Origin: a virus
Length of the DNA: 64,000 nucleotides
Virus record (IMG/VR): IMGVR_UViG_3300023192_002962
Location: 21,738 to 85,737 of that record
Strand: one strand, 5' to 3'
Both the position numbers and the translations under genes were made by a program. A model generated the notes under the pieces. The model saw nothing but the letters and a program-made list of their open reading frames with translations, searched no databases and had not been told where the DNA came from. Shown here one piece after another: positions 9,592-18,068 of the stretch (its first letter is position 1; every line of letters starts with the position of its first letter).

Positions 9592-10200
9592 ATGGATATA
9601 TCAAAGAAAATAGCCGAATGGAAAGCCAAATATGGTTCAGTCTTTATAGTTTCTATTGAAGATAAGTCCATTTATTATAGAACATTAACTGCTTGGGAAA
9701 TCCAAAGTATAATTGATCTCACTAAACAAAACAAAGCTTCCTTAGATATAGAAGAGTCTACGTGTTTATTTGGAGTATTAGCTCCTAGTCCTTTACCTAC
9801 CTTTAGTAAACCTGGCAGTATTTCCAGTTTAAGCGAAGAGATTTGGAATAAATCAACTCTGTCAGCTGATATTATGGCAAAAACTATAAAGGATAGTAGA
9901 GAGTGGAGTGAAAGTAGCGTAGACCAAAATTATAATTTAATTATAGCAAGTGTTATGTGTAAGCTAATGCCCTCGTTAGACTTAGCTCATCTCTTGGAGT
10001 TACCTACCACTAAACTTGTAAGGCTGGGAGCAATAGTAGAAAAGATAACAGGAGAACAATTCTTAGAAGGAGAATTACTTAGTAAACAGGGAACTAAGAA
10101 AAGCATGGGTTCTGATAGAGTTACTAATGAAATGGCAGATAAAACAGCAAATCTGTTGGCGAATGCTCTTAAACAGCAAAGAACAAAGGCTAAGATATAA
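9592..10200 (+). CDS. Tail assembly chaperone (paralogue 2)
   Basis: IAEWKAKYGSVF...IYYRTLTAWE...PGSISSLSEEIWNKS parallels ORF 9137. Its stop overlaps the start of the next giant gene (TAATG). No clear SD. Confidence 0.68.
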   Translation: MDISKKIAEWKAKYGSVFIVSIEDKSIYYRTLTAWEIQSIIDLTKQNKASLDIEESTCLFGVLAPSPLPTFSKPGSISSLSEEIWNKSTLSADIMAKTIKDSREWSESSVDQNYNLIIASVMCKLMPSLDLAHLLELPTTKLVRLGAIVEKITGEQFLEGELLSKQGTKKSMGSDRVTNEMADKTANLLANALKQQRTKAKI

Positions 10201-13200
10201 TGGCAACTGACGATTATATTGATGATTTAGTGAATCCCGAGGAACAGGGTGAAAGTACAATAGCAAAAGGCATAGGCCAAGCGGCTACTACTTTAGGTAT
10301 GTTTATGGGGATCCATATGGCAGCCATGTTCATAGTCACTAAAGGTAAAATGAGAGCTTTTTCTGCTCTACAAAAATCAACCATCCCACGTATAAGAGCT
10401 GCAGCAACCCGTGCTGCTACAACAACTCATTCTTTAACTGATTTCATTGCAACAGTAGGTCAAGGAAAAGGAACTGTTTCCCGTTTAGCGCAAAGTGTTT
10501 ATGCGTCAAGTACTTCTAAAACAGCAGAAACACTAAGGGCAGGATGGAAAGATATATCAGCCTATGAAAAAATTGGAAAATTTAGAGAGCTTTCGAGGGC
10601 AAATAAAACTACTATTGTTGAACGATCTGCTGGTAAATATTTGAGGGAAGCAGCGGTATTTATGCCGTCATTCTATATAGCTGAGCATAATATAGGTATA
10701 TTACATGATGGCCCAGAGAAGGAAGCAAAACCAGCCTGGTATAATTTACCAGGGCATGCTATAGGATTTGCAAAGTTTGTACCTCATATGTTGGCAATAG
10801 ACTTAGGATTTAGAGGAGTATTGCATGGTGCAAAAATAGCAGCATCGCCTCTTAGGGGAATGTTAGATCCTTTAGAACATTCTATAGCAAATTCCCCCAT
10901 AGCTGACGCTGCTGTAGATGCATACAAATGGGCTGAACGTGGAGCATACAGAGAAAAGCAGATAGCAGGAATGAAGATAGGAGATATTATTGATCACATG
11001 GGTGTTGCAAAAGATGCCTTTGTTAAGTCTTTAAAAAGTCCTACTCGTACAAAAATGTGGAGACGAGATAAAGAAGTATTTTCTGGATATGAGAGAACTA
11101 CAAATTCATTGTATAAAGTATATACTCATCATAGACAGCACATAAAAGTTCTAAGAAGCCAGCTTTACACAAAGAAATTAGAGCGTTATGATAAACGTAT
11201 ACAAAAAGCAGGTCTGACCACTGAAGAATCCTTTAGACATAATTTTTCTGATTTTGTTAAATTTATGGACGAGCCTGGGATTTCTGGAAGAACAGACTAT
11301 CAAGAGGCACTTTATAAAAGTAATAGAGCTGCCAGTGGGAATGAATTACTCGGTAAACAATATTATAATGAGAATGCAAAGACTCCATTTATTGCTAGGA
11401 TTCTTGGGTTAAAAAGAGCTAAAGCATCTGATTATAAAGCTGGTGAAAAAACACTTGGAAAAATTTACGATACTGCTAGTAAAGATAAATGGAATGAAGG
11501 CACAGATACTATTTTAGGAAAAAGGAAAAAAGATTTTGTTAGTAAACTTCTATCTAATAATACCTTTATTCAGGAAAGATCAGGACAATCTGTAAATTTA
11601 GACTATTTAGATCCTAGATATTGGGCTACAAAAGGTCTAAATAGTTTTCCTACGATTCTGGGATACGGCGTAATTGATTTGTTTCCCTTTAAGGTTATGA
11701 CAAGGAGACCTGGGGATAGAGTAATGCTTGCTTCAGGACAAGTTCCATTAACTCCTTCCCAGCAAACGGACGCTTTTGGACGAAAATTGTTCCAGAAAGA
11801 ATCACGAGCAGGCGAACTACACGTAACTTATAAAAATGTATATAATTTCTCTTCAGAATTCAATGATGGAAGTCGAGGTCTAATCATGAGAAGAGCTGGA
11901 GATAAACATTATAGTTTATGGGACTTTCAAGGATCTCAAGGAGCGAATGTTGCTGATGGTTGGGTTCAGGTAGGTAAAAATATAAAATTAGCTTTAAGAA
12001 GTGATTCTCCTAAAGGACAAAGAGTGCATTACGAAGGTTTAGTTTCTGCTACAGATAAGAATACTAGGATGCCGGGAGAATTTAGTTCTAATCCATTTAT
12101 GAGATTTATGCAGGAGAAGCTTAGTCTTTTGGATAATAAAGGCTCTTTTCCTAGTATATTTAGAAACTTACAAATGGTAATGCCCGAAGGGATGCAAAAT
12201 TTCTTTAATGTTAGTGATGCAGTAAGGGGTTCTAGATCTAGAAAAATTTTAGAAGATCTAAAAAAATTATCACAGCATAAGGTTGACGATATTGTACAGT
12301 CTAGTCATAAGCAAATGCAAATGTTAGACATTGTTAATCGTACTAAGGCGTTATCAGAAAGAGTAAGGAGAAGAAGTTTTGACAGTACGTTGTCGGATGA
12401 CTATTTTTTTAATGATATTATTAAGTTCTTAGATACGAATATGCCTGGTGATTTTTTAAAGGGTAAGAAAATACGTAGCGTAGATGATATATTTGATCTA
12501 GCTTCACACATTAGAAGAAATGTTGGAGAGAGTAATCTTAATATGTCTGAACGAGAATTGCTAAGAGTGGATGCTTTACTTAACGAAGCTCGTTTATCCA
12601 AAGACGTACTGAGAAGAGAAGTACATCCTGAGTTACCCGTAGAAAAACTTAAAAGATTTATATATGATTATTCAGTAAACTTCTCACGTACTAATAACTT
12701 AGGAAAACACGGTATAGAGGAAAGGATGCTTAACAAGGCGATTAAGGCCTTTGAAAATCAGCGTATAACAAAACAACAATTAACAGATCTAGAAGTTAGT
12801 ATATTTTCTACTGACTTTAGAGAGGTAATTAGAGATACAGATTTTTCTAAGGGTCGGCTACTCGAAAAAATAGGGAAAGATGATGTTTCAAAAGTAATAG
12901 ATAGTATAAAAAAGGGTTTAGTAAATAAATTCTCAGGAGCAGCAGATGGTCGTTCTGTGATAGACACAGCTCTTGCTAACACTGGTATGTTTGAAACAGC
13001 TTACTCAAAAGCGATAGATACCGGAATTCCTGATTTAATTGATACATTACAGCTCACCATGGATAGTAACCCGTGGGTTGCCTACCCTACTGGTTTTAAA
13101 GAAGTGCTTGGACTAGGATTACGATGGGGTATATCTACGGTTGATAAACTTGTAAGTTCGTTTGGTTTAGGATGGGATAAAGGAAGATTTAGTACACCAG

Positions 13201-16200
13201 GAGAAGTGATTGGATTACAAGGTAGAAGACTTGCCACATTTAGTGCAGCTTTATTGGGGTATAGTGCCGTAGACAGCGTTACAGATGCCTCTGGCGCATT
13301 TGATGGGACATTTTTAGATGAAGGACTAACAGTTGGATTAGCCGATCAGGCAGTACGTTTACGAATGCTAGCTGCTAAAACTTATGACGTACTTGGAGTA
13401 GATAATGCGGCTAGGTATATGGAAGGTCTTATGCCTGGTTCTATGAATGTGTTACCAGGGCTTGCTATTGGCGGCCTGGCCGGAGGCATGGTGGGCTCCG
13501 GGATTCCAGGAGCTATTGTTGGAGCCATGGTTAATGCCTATTTAGGGCCTCAATTAAAAGAAGGTCCTTTAAGTTTTTTATCTATAGCGCCCCCACTTGC
13601 TCCATTTGTTTCAGATTTAACAAAAAGCTATGATGAAGTTCAAGATATATATGAAGGAAAAGAATTACTTGCTAGAAGAAAAGGAGCTGGATGGACATTA
13701 GGACAAACTCCTATAGAAGGTGGCCGCATAGAAGGATGGGAGCTTCATTGGTACCCAAAGCTAAAATCCCAATATAAAGCAACTCCAGTTCTTTATGGCT
13801 CTAAGGTAGAACAATTCTTAGCAAAAGATGTACCCTTATTAGATTTTTCTATAATGGATATAATCGATCCTCAATATTTAACATACAAGCATTATGAAAA
13901 TAGACCATACTTAATACCGGATACCCCCTTTACAGAAGTTCCAATTATTGGACCAGTACTGGGTGCTACTCTAGGTAGGGCTTATAATTTAGTGCATCCT
14001 TTAGGTCAGGTGGATCCAATGCATGTGCAAGAGGCTGCATCGGCCTTTATGAAAGGAAACAGTTATGATTGGAAAGGTGGTGCACAGGACACGTTTGGTC
14101 CTCAATACCGAGGACTAGGGCCTGCAGGTGTTGGTTTAGCGGACAGGCAACCAGGACAACCTAATATAGGTAATATAGTTCTTTCTCCTTATGATATTAA
14201 ACCATTGTTGGCAGAATCAGTATATAAAGGATGGATAGAGTGGATGGGGTTACCTGGATTTATAACATCAGCAGTAGCCTGGGGAGGGGATGAACCTTTT
14301 ACTAATGTTCCTATTGCCCCTGCTGCTACTGATATGGATTCTTTTGCTAGATCTTATTGGGATTCTAATGCTGGAGATATGGCGTTAACTAATGAATTGT
14401 TTAGAAGATTTGTTCCTAGACCTAGAACTAGTTATGAAACTGTAGATCTTATACATAATGCTATGCCTGGTTGGATACCTGAACATTTACGGACTGGAGA
14501 TCCCTATTGTTTACTACCGGATACTTTAGTAGAAACTACTAATGGTTTAACTAGGTCTGAAGATATTACAGATGGTATGCTTGTTAAAACTATGTATGGA
14601 AGATTTTATCCAGTAAGTAATACTGTAAGTAGGCCTGTTGAGGAGGAAATATATTGTATAACTTTGCCTGGATTAAAAGATTTTGAACTAAAAGTAACAG
14701 GGGAGCATCCTTTTTATATAAAGCAAGGCGATGAGTATAAGTGGGTTTTAGCTAAAAATCTTACAACAGAGCATAGAGTAACTTATCCTTTGTTACAAAT
14801 ACAATTAAATAATATAATAGACACTAATATTGAAATAGATGTTGAAGCTAAAATGGCTAAGCTCCTAGGTTTATTAGCTAGATGGACTAAATGGGGAAGT
14901 ACCTTAGAGTATAGAGATGAAATCCCCGATAACATAACTAAAGAAATTGATAGTCTTGTAAAGCTATTGTCAATAGATTTAGAATTAATTAAGACAATAG
15001 TTTATGAACATCAGAGTGATGGAATGGCTGTTCCTTTAGTAACTTCAGATTTAGCTATAGTTTTAAATTATCTAGAACCGTTTAGAGTAAAATCTAGTAC
15101 TAATGAAATAAAATATAGATTTCATTCTCAAAAAGCTGCTTATAATACGTGGACTGGTCTGTTACAAAATAAAATATTTTCGTTTATTAATAATGATACT
15201 TTGACTATACGGAATCAATTTGCTGCAGAGATTGCATATTTATTGGATATAGATATTAAGGTTACTGAATTTGAAAAGCCCTATTGTTCATTTAGCTTAG
15301 TTGATAGTAAAGTAGGCCCATTAGCAATCTTGTCTATAGAGAATATACGTAAAGAATATTATGAAGGCAATGTACACACTATAGAAGTATCAGATGATGT
15401 TACCTATTGTCTTCCGGGAGCTATTGTTCATAATAGTAAAATTACCCATGGAGAATTATATTTACCAGGGGAAGGATATGAAGCAGCTTTTAATCCAGAT
15501 CTAACATTCCCTGTAGGAATGTCCCGACTCGGACGTTCGGCTTATGACCAAGCACTGGGCATGATAGGACTGTCTAATATCGCAGAAGACCAAGAGGAGA
15601 TTTTAGAAAAGGGTACGGCTATTCACAAAATGGTACAGAATCAGCTAATGATGATGGGCGCTACTACTAGAATTGAAGCGTTAGTTACAGATCCTAGCGC
15701 TAATCTCAGATCTTATGTGGATGTAATGTTAAAAGATCCTAGAGGTAACGAAATGCCTCTTGAAATTAAGAGTATATCTGCCAAAGGCTTTGAAAGATTA
15801 GATAGACCAAAATATTCGCATAAAATTCAGTTAAATTCTTATCTAGCAGTTATGGGAGTTAACAGGGGTAAATTTTTATATGTATCTCGAGAAGATCCAA
15901 CAAAAACAAAGCAATTTAGTTTACAATTTGATCCTGATATGTGGGAACAAACATTAGGTAAGTTACGTGAAGCCAGATATCTTGCTCAAGAGTTCTTATC
16001 TCAAGGTTACGGTAGGGCTGCTGAAGGATACTCATATCTGGATAGAGCTAGAGTTTTATTAAACTCAGCTCCTTATTCAAAAGAGTACCGTGAAACATTC
16101 TCATTGCTTGAAGAACAAAAAGTTAGTGGACATTTGTCAGAACAAGAATCAGCACAACTGAGTAATTTAGAAGGTTATCACAAGGCAATGATGAGAAAGT

Positions 16201-18068
16201 ATGAGATGTATCCTAGAAGGTTTACATTAGATAAACTTTTAGATCCGGATGCGGAGTATCAAAATCTATCCTCCAATGAATATATAGAACCAGCAGATAC
16301 TTATTCATTAGCTGAAAGAATAGCTGGTGCTTCATGGGAGTATGCTACCCATCTTAGATCTCCTATACATTCAAAATTATTTGGAAGATACTCTCCAGAG
16401 GAACAGTATGATAGATTTGTAATGTATGGTGTTCCTTTTCAATCATGGGCAAGACCTTATGATACTTTTTTGAAACCCTATGCTAGGGGACTAAGGTCCG
16501 TTACTGATCCATTGCAAGGAGCTATGTCTTTTGCAACGGGAGGATTAATATTTGGAGGAGGCCCTGGGGCCTTAGCTGGAGCAGCAATAGGTGCTGCTTA
16601 TGGGTCGATGCACGGAATGTATAGAGCAATTACTGGTGACACGTATCGCCCACAGAACTTTAAAGATAAGGTAGAGATGCAAGAGTACTTTGATACAATT
16701 GAGTATATGAAAGCTGAGCAAATGTATATGGCTACAGGAAATCCAGATTATAGACGACAAATGGTAGGGACAATGAGAGGTTGGATTGAAACAAGTGGTG
16801 GTCAGTTTATGACAGTACCAAATAGTGGAGGTATACAGGGCCATTATGGATATGATCCTGGAAGTTTGTTTGGAACCTCATCAGGACCAGCAGCCAGAGC
16901 TGCAAGGTTAATGAATAATCCATATGCCCAAGGAATTGGGACTGATCAAGGGTTCGGATCACCGTGGAAGGGATTGGCTAATGTTTATCGTCGATTATTT
17001 AAAAGTGAAAAAACAATAAAAATATTTAGAGGAGTTGATAAGTGGCATAGAGGACAAATGGTACAACAGGGTAACTTTGTCGGAGGAGGAAAATATACTC
17101 AAAGTAGTCGTGCCCCTGCATCTCCGATGTATATACCTAAATCTGAAACAGCACTATATACTTCCGGTAGTGCTAAAGATGCAATGTCTTACGGAAGACG
17201 AGGCAGACGACCTGGAGCTCCTGAACCAACGTTGCTTGAATTTGCTGTTCCAGAAACATATGTTAGCAAAGCTGCAGTACAAATTAAAGGTCGTGATTTT
17301 AGTCATTATGTTTTTGACGAGGGCATACCTAAACGTTTTTTAAGGAGAGTCTATTCCCCAAAAACAAGCCCCCAGAGTAGAGCCTTAAAAAAAACACAGA
17401 ATCCAGCAGCTAAGAGTATAGGTGGAGACAAAGGTTTTGGATCTCCGTGGCAGGGAACAGATGACCAAGAAGCTCTTAACTATGATGCAAATATTAATGT
17501 ATTCAGCGGCTTCTCTGCTTTAGCTGCTTGGGATAGACCTTTTTGGACAGCATTCTTAGAGACTCCTGAAGATAAAAGAGATAGAATATTAGATCAGGTA
17601 GATACACGAATGGGTGATATGCTAAAAATTGCATGGGGCAGAGGTGAAGAAGTTGCAATGCCTTCAATGGATGTGTTTTTTAGTAATTATAAAAAACCGT
17701 CAGCATTAGAACCAATAATGGGACCTGATACTGATATATCTGATTATATTACCGTTACTGCCAACTCAAGCGGACTAGATGCTCATGATTTTGGTTTTGG
17801 ATGGAGAGATCAATTAAGACGAATTCAAGATTCTGCTAATGCGATTTTACCGATTAATATTCATGGAAAAGACACTCCTGCCTTTGAAGCATCGGCAGTG
17901 TCACAGGGGGACATAAGTACCGCTTTAACAAAAGTACTAACAAGGATGGGATATGAAGGAGCTAGAATACAAGTAAACTCTATGATGTCCGAAAGAGATG
18001 ATACCATTCTTAAACTTAATATAAGACGAGATTCAAGTATAGATATTATAAAGGCGTTATATGGCTAG
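10200..18068 (+). CDS. Giant tape-measure-like/ejection protein (2622-aa precursor) with intein, PD-(D/E)XK nuclease and ART-like domains
   Basis: Follows the chaperones. Mostly helical and basic, with Gly/Ala hydrophobic segments (LPGLAIGGLAGGMVGSGIPGAIVGAM; GAMSFATGGLIFGGGPGALAGAAIGAAYG). Embedded domains are listed separately. Confidence 0.75.
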   Translation: MATDDYIDDLVNPEEQGESTIAKGIGQAATTLGMFMGIHMAAMFIVTKGKMRAFSALQKSTIPRIRAAATRAATTTHSLTDFIATVGQGKGTVSRLAQSVYASSTSKTAETLRAGWKDISAYEKIGKFRELSRANKTTIVERSAGKYLREAAVFMPSFYIAEHNIGILHDGPEKEAKPAWYNLPGHAIGFAKFVPHMLAIDLGFRGVLHGAKIAASPLRGMLDPLEHSIANSPIADAAVDAYKWAERGAYREKQIAGMKIGDIIDHMGVAKDAFVKSLKSPTRTKMWRRDKEVFSGYERTTNSLYKVYTHHRQHIKVLRSQLYTKKLERYDKRIQKAGLTTEESFRHNFSDFVKFMDEPGISGRTDYQEALYKSNRAASGNELLGKQYYNENAKTPFIARILGLKRAKASDYKAGEKTLGKIYDTASKDKWNEGTDTILGKRKKDFVSKLLSNNTFIQERSGQSVNLDYLDPRYWATKGLNSFPTILGYGVIDLFPFKVMTRRPGDRVMLASGQVPLTPSQQTDAFGRKLFQKESRAGELHVTYKNVYNFSSEFNDGSRGLIMRRAGDKHYSLWDFQGSQGANVADGWVQVGKNIKLALRSDSPKGQRVHYEGLVSATDKNTRMPGEFSSNPFMRFMQEKLSLLDNKGSFPSIFRNLQMVMPEGMQNFFNVSDAVRGSRSRKILEDLKKLSQHKVDDIVQSSHKQMQMLDIVNRTKALSERVRRRSFDSTLSDDYFFNDIIKFLDTNMPGDFLKGKKIRSVDDIFDLASHIRRNVGESNLNMSERELLRVDALLNEARLSKDVLRREVHPELPVEKLKRFIYDYSVNFSRTNNLGKHGIEERMLNKAIKAFENQRITKQQLTDLEVSIFSTDFREVIRDTDFSKGRLLEKIGKDDVSKVIDSIKKGLVNKFSGAADGRSVIDTALANTGMFETAYSKAIDTGIPDLIDTLQLTMDSNPWVAYPTGFKEVLGLGLRWGISTVDKLVSSFGLGWDKGRFSTPGEVIGLQGRRLATFSAALLGYSAVDSVTDASGAFDGTFLDEGLTVGLADQAVRLRMLAAKTYDVLGVDNAARYMEGLMPGSMNVLPGLAIGGLAGGMVGSGIPGAIVGAMVNAYLGPQLKEGPLSFLSIAPPLAPFVSDLTKSYDEVQDIYEGKELLARRKGAGWTLGQTPIEGGRIEGWELHWYPKLKSQYKATPVLYGSKVEQFLAKDVPLLDFSIMDIIDPQYLTYKHYENRPYLIPDTPFTEVPIIGPVLGATLGRAYNLVHPLGQVDPMHVQEAASAFMKGNSYDWKGGAQDTFGPQYRGLGPAGVGLADRQPGQPNIGNIVLSPYDIKPLLAESVYKGWIEWMGLPGFITSAVAWGGDEPFTNVPIAPAATDMDSFARSYWDSNAGDMALTNELFRRFVPRPRTSYETVDLIHNAMPGWIPEHLRTGDPYCLLPDTLVETTNGLTRSEDITDGMLVKTMYGRFYPVSNTVSRPVEEEIYCITLPGLKDFELKVTGEHPFYIKQGDEYKWVLAKNLTTEHRVTYPLLQIQLNNIIDTNIEIDVEAKMAKLLGLLARWTKWGSTLEYRDEIPDNITKEIDSLVKLLSIDLELIKTIVYEHQSDGMAVPLVTSDLAIVLNYLEPFRVKSSTNEIKYRFHSQKAAYNTWTGLLQNKIFSFINNDTLTIRNQFAAEIAYLLDIDIKVTEFEKPYCSFSLVDSKVGPLAILSIENIRKEYYEGNVHTIEVSDDVTYCLPGAIVHNSKITHGELYLPGEGYEAAFNPDLTFPVGMSRLGRSAYDQALGMIGLSNIAEDQEEILEKGTAIHKMVQNQLMMMGATTRIEALVTDPSANLRSYVDVMLKDPRGNEMPLEIKSISAKGFERLDRPKYSHKIQLNSYLAVMGVNRGKFLYVSREDPTKTKQFSLQFDPDMWEQTLGKLREARYLAQEFLSQGYGRAAEGYSYLDRARVLLNSAPYSKEYRETFSLLEEQKVSGHLSEQESAQLSNLEGYHKAMMRKYEMYPRRFTLDKLLDPDAEYQNLSSNEYIEPADTYSLAERIAGASWEYATHLRSPIHSKLFGRYSPEEQYDRFVMYGVPFQSWARPYDTFLKPYARGLRSVTDPLQGAMSFATGGLIFGGGPGALAGAAIGAAYGSMHGMYRAITGDTYRPQNFKDKVEMQEYFDTIEYMKAEQMYMATGNPDYRRQMVGTMRGWIETSGGQFMTVPNSGGIQGHYGYDPGSLFGTSSGPAARAARLMNNPYAQGIGTDQGFGSPWKGLANVYRRLFKSEKTIKIFRGVDKWHRGQMVQQGNFVGGGKYTQSSRAPASPMYIPKSETALYTSGSAKDAMSYGRRGRRPGAPEPTLLEFAVPETYVSKAAVQIKGRDFSHYVFDEGIPKRFLRRVYSPKTSPQSRALKKTQNPAAKSIGGDKGFGSPWQGTDDQEALNYDANINVFSGFSALAAWDRPFWTAFLETPEDKRDRILDQVDTRMGDMLKIAWGRGEEVAMPSMDVFFSNYKKPSALEPIMGPDTDISDYITVTANSSGLDAHDFGFGWRDQLRRIQDSANAILPINIHGKDTPAFEASAVSQGDISTALTKVLTRMGYEGARIQVNSMMSERDDTILKLNIRRDSSIDIIKALYG
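14508..15434 (+). mobile_element. Class-1 intein (309 aa, residues 1437-1745) with degenerate LAGLIDADG core
   Basis: Starts CLLPDTLVETTNG after extein GDPY. Block B is VTGEHPFY. Ends VHTIEVSDDVTYCLPGAIVHN followed by +1 Ser. The endonuclease-like blocks (MAKLLGLLARW; AAYNTWTGLLQ) lack the catalytic DG. Confidence 0.93.
15600..15960 (+). other. RecB/Cas4-like PD-(D/E)XK nuclease domain inside the 2622-aa protein
   Basis: GTAIH (G1805-H1809), YVD (D1841), LEIKS (E1855, K1857), HKIQLNSY (Q1877-x3-Y1881), GKFLYVSRED. The motif set is complete and in order. Confidence 0.85.
17016..17354 (+). other. ADP-ribosyltransferase-fold-like domain inside the 2622-aa protein
   Basis: IFRG (R2277), LYTSGSAKDAMSYG (S2322), TLLEFAVP and YVFDEGIPKRFLRRVY follow the R-S strand order of pertussis/pierisin-type ARTs. 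The usual catalytic Glu position reads S-H-Y. Confidence 0.5.

Noticed and set aside
9440-9600. Programmed -1 frameshift joining the two chaperones
   Set aside because: No X XXY YYZ slippery heptamer is present before the 9503-9505 stop, and a terminator plus 86 nt separates the ORFs.
15600-15960. CRISPR-associated Cas4 or a CRISPR locus
   Set aside because: No repeat-spacer array or other cas genes are in the window, and no Fe-S cysteines are visible. The domain is internal to a tail protein.
17035-17343. Alternate-frame 102-aa ORF lying over the ART-like cassette
   Set aside because: The coincidence with the cassette is notable, but it has a TTG start, no motifs, and the main frame carries the ART-like pattern.
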